Below the pieces are notes generated by a model, which was given only the letters and a program-made list of their open reading frames with translations, was not told where the DNA came from and made no database searches. From a virus: DNA of 42,085 bases. The stretch lies in IMG/VR virus record IMGVR_UViG_3300006149_000031; one strand, given 5' to 3'. Made by a program: the position numbers and the translations under genes. Below, piece by piece: positions 39,116-42,085 of the stretch. How positions within the stretch are numbered: the first letter of the stretch is position 1; every line of letters starts with the position of its first letter.

Positions 39116-39658
39116 CTAAACAAGCTCCTGCGCCGTAAAATCCCGGACGCCCTCGGCAATCGCGTTGGCAATGCTCTCCGGATGATGCTTCATGATATCC
39201 GCATCCCCGGCGTTACTGATAAACCCGCATTCGCACAATACCCATGGCATACGAGTCTGCTTGAGGATGGCCAGCCCCGGCCGGGCTTGAATCGTATTGG
39301 CTCGTCCCGGCAGAAGGTCTGCCAGAGGCTCGGCGATACAGGCGGCCAGGCGGCTTCCCTGAACAGATCCAGGATAAAAGCATACATGAGCGCCACAGGC
39401 ATTCTGTCTGTCATGGGCGCAATCGCAATGCAGGGAAATACCGAAGTCGTATCCGTCCGCATTGGCAACCTTGATGGTGGCGTTCAGGTCTTCCGTATTG
39501 CCTTTGTCCGGAAAGTCAAGAACATGGACGGTATGTCCCATATCCTTCAACTGCGCAAAAAGATGGCGTGCTATCACACATGCCACGTCGTGCTCTTCCA
39601 GCCCGTTTCCACGAGCTCCGGTTCCTTTGGCGTGTCCGATGTCTAAAGCGATATTCAT
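39116..39658 (-). CDS. N-acetylmuramoyl-L-alanine amidase (endolysin)
   Basis: 180 aa with ALDIGHAKGTGARGNGLEEHD, ISLHCDC and LCECGFISN, consistent with Amidase_3-type zinc ligands and layout. Confidence 0.8.
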   Translation of the reverse strand: MNIALDIGHAKGTGARGNGLEEHDVACVIARHLFAQLKDMGHTVHVLDFPDKGNTEDLNATIKVANADGYDFGISLHCDCAHDRQNACGAHVCFYPGSVQGSRLAACIAEPLADLLPGRANTIQARPGLAILKQTRMPWVLCECGFISNAGDADIMKHHPESIANAIAEGVRDFTAQELV

Positions 39659-39840
39659 TTGTTCAGGTATTGGTTAATAAGATGTTCCGGCAAGTCATAC
39701 TCCACGTAGGTGCTGTTGAGATGCCATTCCGCGTGTTGGGCTTTGTAGGCTGTACGCTGCTTCCTGCTGTGCAGCATGTGCATCTCCTGCTTGCGTCCGG
39801 GAGTTTCAATGACGAGTAAATAAAGGTATCGTTCCGGCAT
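39655..39840 (-). CDS. Small hypothetical protein in the lysis cassette
   Basis: 61 aa. ATGA overlap with the amidase gene. Confidence 0.4.
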   Translation of the reverse strand: MPERYLYLLVIETPGRKQEMHMLHSRKQRTAYKAQHAEWHLNSTYVEYDLPEHLINQYLNK

Positions 39841-39909
39841 GGTTAATTAAGTTATAAACTATTGGCTATGAGATAAAGGGAACTTGTAAGAAAAACTTTA
39901 CAGTTGGAA

Positions 39910-40137
39910 TTAATCTCGCTGTTTAAGCTGTTGCTGGTGGTAATTCTCCAAATGCTGGAGACGGGTATCCATCGTCCGCAGGATCTCCGCCGTATGGGCC
40001 GCGTTGGTAGCCTGTTCCTTCACCACCTCGCGGAAATCCAGGTAGATGAACACGGCTATCACAAAACCGCCGAAAGTGACGATCTCACGCGTATAATCGC
40101 GGATCACTCCCAGATATTCCTTGAGGGGTTTGCACAT
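39910..40137 (-). CDS. Holin candidate (single TM)
   Basis: 75 aa from MCKPLKEYLGVIRDYTREIVTFGGFVIAVFIYLDF.. (ATG 40137), with a charged C-terminal helix. Confidence 0.4.
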   Translation of the reverse strand: MCKPLKEYLGVIRDYTREIVTFGGFVIAVFIYLDFREVVKEQATNAAHTAEILRTMDTRLQHLENYHQQQLKQRD

Positions 40138-40141
40138 GGCC

Positions 40142-40609
40142 TTATTTCTTGGAAGGTACGATCTGAACAACGGGCGGAACGTCCGTTTCCGGCTGGGCCT
40201 GACTGTAGGAGATATGCCCCTGCTCAATGACGAGGCAGGAGCCGTCTTTGCAGACCACCGTCTTTTCCGGCGTCACGTCCACGGAGTGCCCGCAGCCGGA
40301 GAGGGACATTCCCAAACCGCCAAGGATGGCGCCGACAATACCCACCCCGGCCCAATAGAGGGCTTTCTTCCAGCCGGTGGAGGTCTTGGCCTGCCCGGTG
40401 AGGTAGCTCCTTACATCTTCCATCGCATGTTCTGCAATGGTTGGTAGCGCTTGATGTGCAACAGCCAGCCATCCGGCCTTATCATCGTCCGAAAGGTCAG
40501 CGTATTCCAGCATCGGCCTATGCGTGGACAGGTTCTTGGCGATGGCATAGGTATGGTACAGGTCCTTAGCTATTGCCTCCGCGTGATTGCATTGATTGTT
40601 AGTAGTCAT
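40142..40609 (-). CDS. Membrane protein with an internal TM + lipobox (spanin-like candidate)
   Basis: 155 aa: a soluble N-domain of about 85 aa, then ALYWAGVGIVGAILGGLGMSLSGC (TM ending in an L-S-G-C lipobox), then a tail of about 50 aa. Confidence 0.4.
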   Translation of the reverse strand: MTTNNQCNHAEAIAKDLYHTYAIAKNLSTHRPMLEYADLSDDDKAGWLAVAHQALPTIAEHAMEDVRSYLTGQAKTSTGWKKALYWAGVGIVGAILGGLGMSLSGCGHSVDVTPEKTVVCKDGSCLVIEQGHISYSQAQPETDVPPVVQIVPSKK

Positions 40610-41025
40610 TTGATTATGTTGTTATTGGTAGGGGTAGTGAAGAAATTGAAAAACGCCACGGCGGCGAGGTCGGTCAGGATAAAAGCCGGGTAGTCACGGG
40701 CAGTGAACACCCTGCGTCCCCCGTGGGGATTAACGGCCTCCACGGTCAAATCCACGGCTTCCACCGTCCGCATGGGGTCATCCTCCTCCGGAGCGTAAAA
40801 CTCTTTCAGCCGCGCCCACACCTGCACCGCCAGCCACGGTTCCGCCAGTCCAACCAGCGCGGCAACGACGGCCTCCATGGCCGGAGCCTGATCCGCGGGT
40901 ATATCGTCCTGATTAAAGCGGGCCGGAGGTCTATAACCGCCCGCGTCCCGGTAAATGGGCGTCAGGGTGAATTCCTGCCAGTTGCCGGGCCGGGGGAACT
41001 GAATCTGTATTTCTGAATTATTCAT
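40606..41025 (-). CDS. Hypothetical protein directly downstream of the tail fibre gene (possible fibre chaperone)
   Basis: 139 aa. Overlaps the tail-fibre stop by 8 nt. Confidence 0.35.
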   Translation of the reverse strand: MNNSEIQIQFPRPGNWQEFTLTPIYRDAGGYRPPARFNQDDIPADQAPAMEAVVAALVGLAEPWLAVQVWARLKEFYAPEEDDPMRTVEAVDLTVEAVNPHGGRRVFTARDYPAFILTDLAAVAFFNFFTTPTNNNIIK

Positions 41026-42085
41026 AAGGTGTAAATTCTGTTACGGTGGTTGACTGTATCAACCGGGTTTCCAACGCCCGGAACGCATCATAAGCCCCAT
41101 TAGGCTGGTTATACCCCGGAGCCGTCATCTGCCGCATCGCTCCAAGATAACTATGCGTATTGGTCCCGTCGCTATCCCAATACAAAGCCCCAACGCCAGT
41201 CCAGGAGAACGTGTCAACAACGCCGTGCATGTCGGCAATGCACAACAAACGGCGAGAATCCGCCGCATTAGAGCCAATCCACAATCCCGCTCTGACGTCG
41301 CGGCCCGGCCTATCCTGTTGATAAGAAAGAAACATATTGCAGGACGGGTTGGTATTGGTGGACGGGAAAACGGAAAGCGTTTCATAACATAACCACTTGG
41401 CCTGAGTGGAATCATAGACGAGTTCCCTCACCCTCACCGGATAACCCGCCGGATTCATGGACGCGTCATTAACCATGTAAAACGTCACATCAACAAACCG
41501 CGGGAAACTCGCGGTACTACCGGAGGCCGGAGACAGCGTGAACATATCCATCTCCGCCGCCGTCTTCTTGACGAAATTTCCCGGCCTTCCCAACGAGAAA
41601 GTCAGTTTGCGGGCGGCAGTACTGCCGGTATTGCCCAAAGCGACTGGCAGGACAAACCCGCTCCATCCAGAATAATTGGATACTCCTAAAAATGGATTTA
41701 TCAGGTTAATCTGAATTGTTCCCGGATATGCGGACATCTTGCGGAGTCGCCACACCTGGCCGGGAACCGTCTGTTCTACGGCGACGCTCTCGCCGTACAA
41801 ATTAAAATCAGAAAGGAAACTCTGAGGAGAAAACGCCTCCGTCACGGCGGCCAGCCCGGAAGCGTACAGGCGATTAACGCCGGATTCATTGGTCGGCGCC
41901 CCCACGGCCAGCGGGATGTTGATGCCGCCGTTGGCGTTGACGGTCCCGTCAAACGTGCCTCCCGCGGCAGTGATATTGCCGGGAAGCGTCATGTTGCCGG
42001 ATTCGTCCACCTGCGGAATAGCCGCCAGAGCATTAGCCGCCGCTGTTGCAGAGTTGCCCGCGCTAGTGGCAGAATTCGCGGCATT
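41018..42085 (-). CDS. Tail fibre / receptor-binding protein, C-terminal part (continuation of 1046..1 across the circular junction)
   Basis: The frame is continuous through the 77-nt overlap (..AAIPQ-VDESGNMTLPGNITAAGGTFDG..). The 'M' at 42010 in the ORF track is an internal GTG (Val). Confidence 0.7.
   Translation of the reverse strand, partial: NAANSATSAGNSATAAANALAAIPQVDESGNMTLPGNITAAGGTFDGTVNANGGINIPLAVGAPTNESGVNRLYASGLAAVTEAFSPQSFLSDFNLYGESVAVEQTVPGQVWRLRKMSAYPGTIQINLINPFLGVSNYSGWSGFVLPVALGNTGSTAARKLTFSLGRPGNFVKKTAAEMDMFTLSPASGSTASFPRFVDVTFYMVNDASMNPAGYPVRVRELVYDSTQAKWLCYETLSVFPSTNTNPSCNMFLSYQQDRPGRDVRAGLWIGSNAADSRRLLCIADMHGVVDTFSWTGVGALYWDSDGTNTHSYLGAMRQMTAPGYNQPNGAYDAFRALETRLIQSTTVTEFTPYE
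42009..42085. repeat. Terminal overlap, copy 2 (identical to 1..77)
   Basis: See copy 1. Confidence 0.95.

Larger units (their letters stand above)
1..42085. mobile_element. Complete circularly closing temperate phage genome (unit length 42,008 bp) with a podovirus-like structural module
   Basis: Exact 77-nt terminal overlap. Full gene set is present: integrase, CI-type repressor, recombination and replication genes, terminase, portal, scaffold, capsid, tail, internal proteins and lysis. A tail-fibre ORF is continuous across the junction. Confidence 0.85.

Noticed and set aside
39895-39920. cagttggaattaatc and, at 24107..24135, AACATTGA as extra late-motif copies
   Set aside because: Only partial matches that lack the invariant TC..CAA.TTG block or need gaps. 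Their distance to the next ATG (about 61 nt and 0-25 nt) differs from the 33-36 nt of the five good copies.
41018-42085. Diversity-generating retroelement targeting the tail fibre (suggested by BPP-1-like structural genes)
   Set aside because: No reverse-transcriptase-like ORF (YxDD motif) is present. I found no template-repeat copy of the fibre C-terminal coding region elsewhere in the genome.

Overview
The window is a complete, circularly closing temperate phage genome. The last 77 nt repeat the first 77 nt exactly, so the unit length is 42,008 bp. The host is moderately GC-rich and cannot be named from the sequence alone. The structural module looks podovirus-like (T7/BPP-1 type), and no tRNA, rRNA or CRISPR array was seen.

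Nearly all genes lie on the minus strand as one long leftward programme:
- A lysogeny switch at about 11.4 kb, with a plus-strand CI/LexA-S24 repressor and three CAGC-N5-CTG operators.
- Early genes: small ORFs, a RecT / YqaJ-exonuclease / RusA recombination module, Dam methylase, an MmcB-like nuclease, an O-like replication gene with frame-independent iterons inside it, and a wHTH regulator.
- Late genes: a TerS-like gene, a tail fibre that spans the artificial contig junction, a lysis cassette, portal and scaffold.
- A plus-strand integrase/attP cassette wedged between scaffold and capsid.
- Capsid, decoration protein, a 1129-aa tail/nozzle protein, TerL, adaptor, internal/ejection proteins including a lytic-transglycosylase protein, and finally a 3275-aa polyvalent protein.

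The most interesting observations:
1. An AT-rich two-gene island sits between the giant gene and the repressor. One gene is a DUF6804-like membrane protein whose C-terminal domain copies the N-terminal domain of the giant protein, with a 165-bp patch 163/165 identical at DNA level. The other is a HARE-HTH + PD-(D/E)XK nuclease with its own sigma70-like promoter. Together they are a candidate prophage exclusion/defence system with no described mechanism.
2. The giant protein carries a ParB-like module, a clear H-Y-E ADP-ribosyltransferase-like module and a second related module. These are separated by a recurring P-x-x-[TS]-F-S-[ILV] boundary motif.
3. A conserved 20-nt element occurs five times, each 33-36 nt upstream of the first ATG of a late gene block. 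It is probably a phage-specific late promoter or activator site.
4. Lysogeny-type genes use sigma70-like promoters placed so that the mRNAs would be leaderless.

All functional calls come from motifs read by eye. No database search was run.
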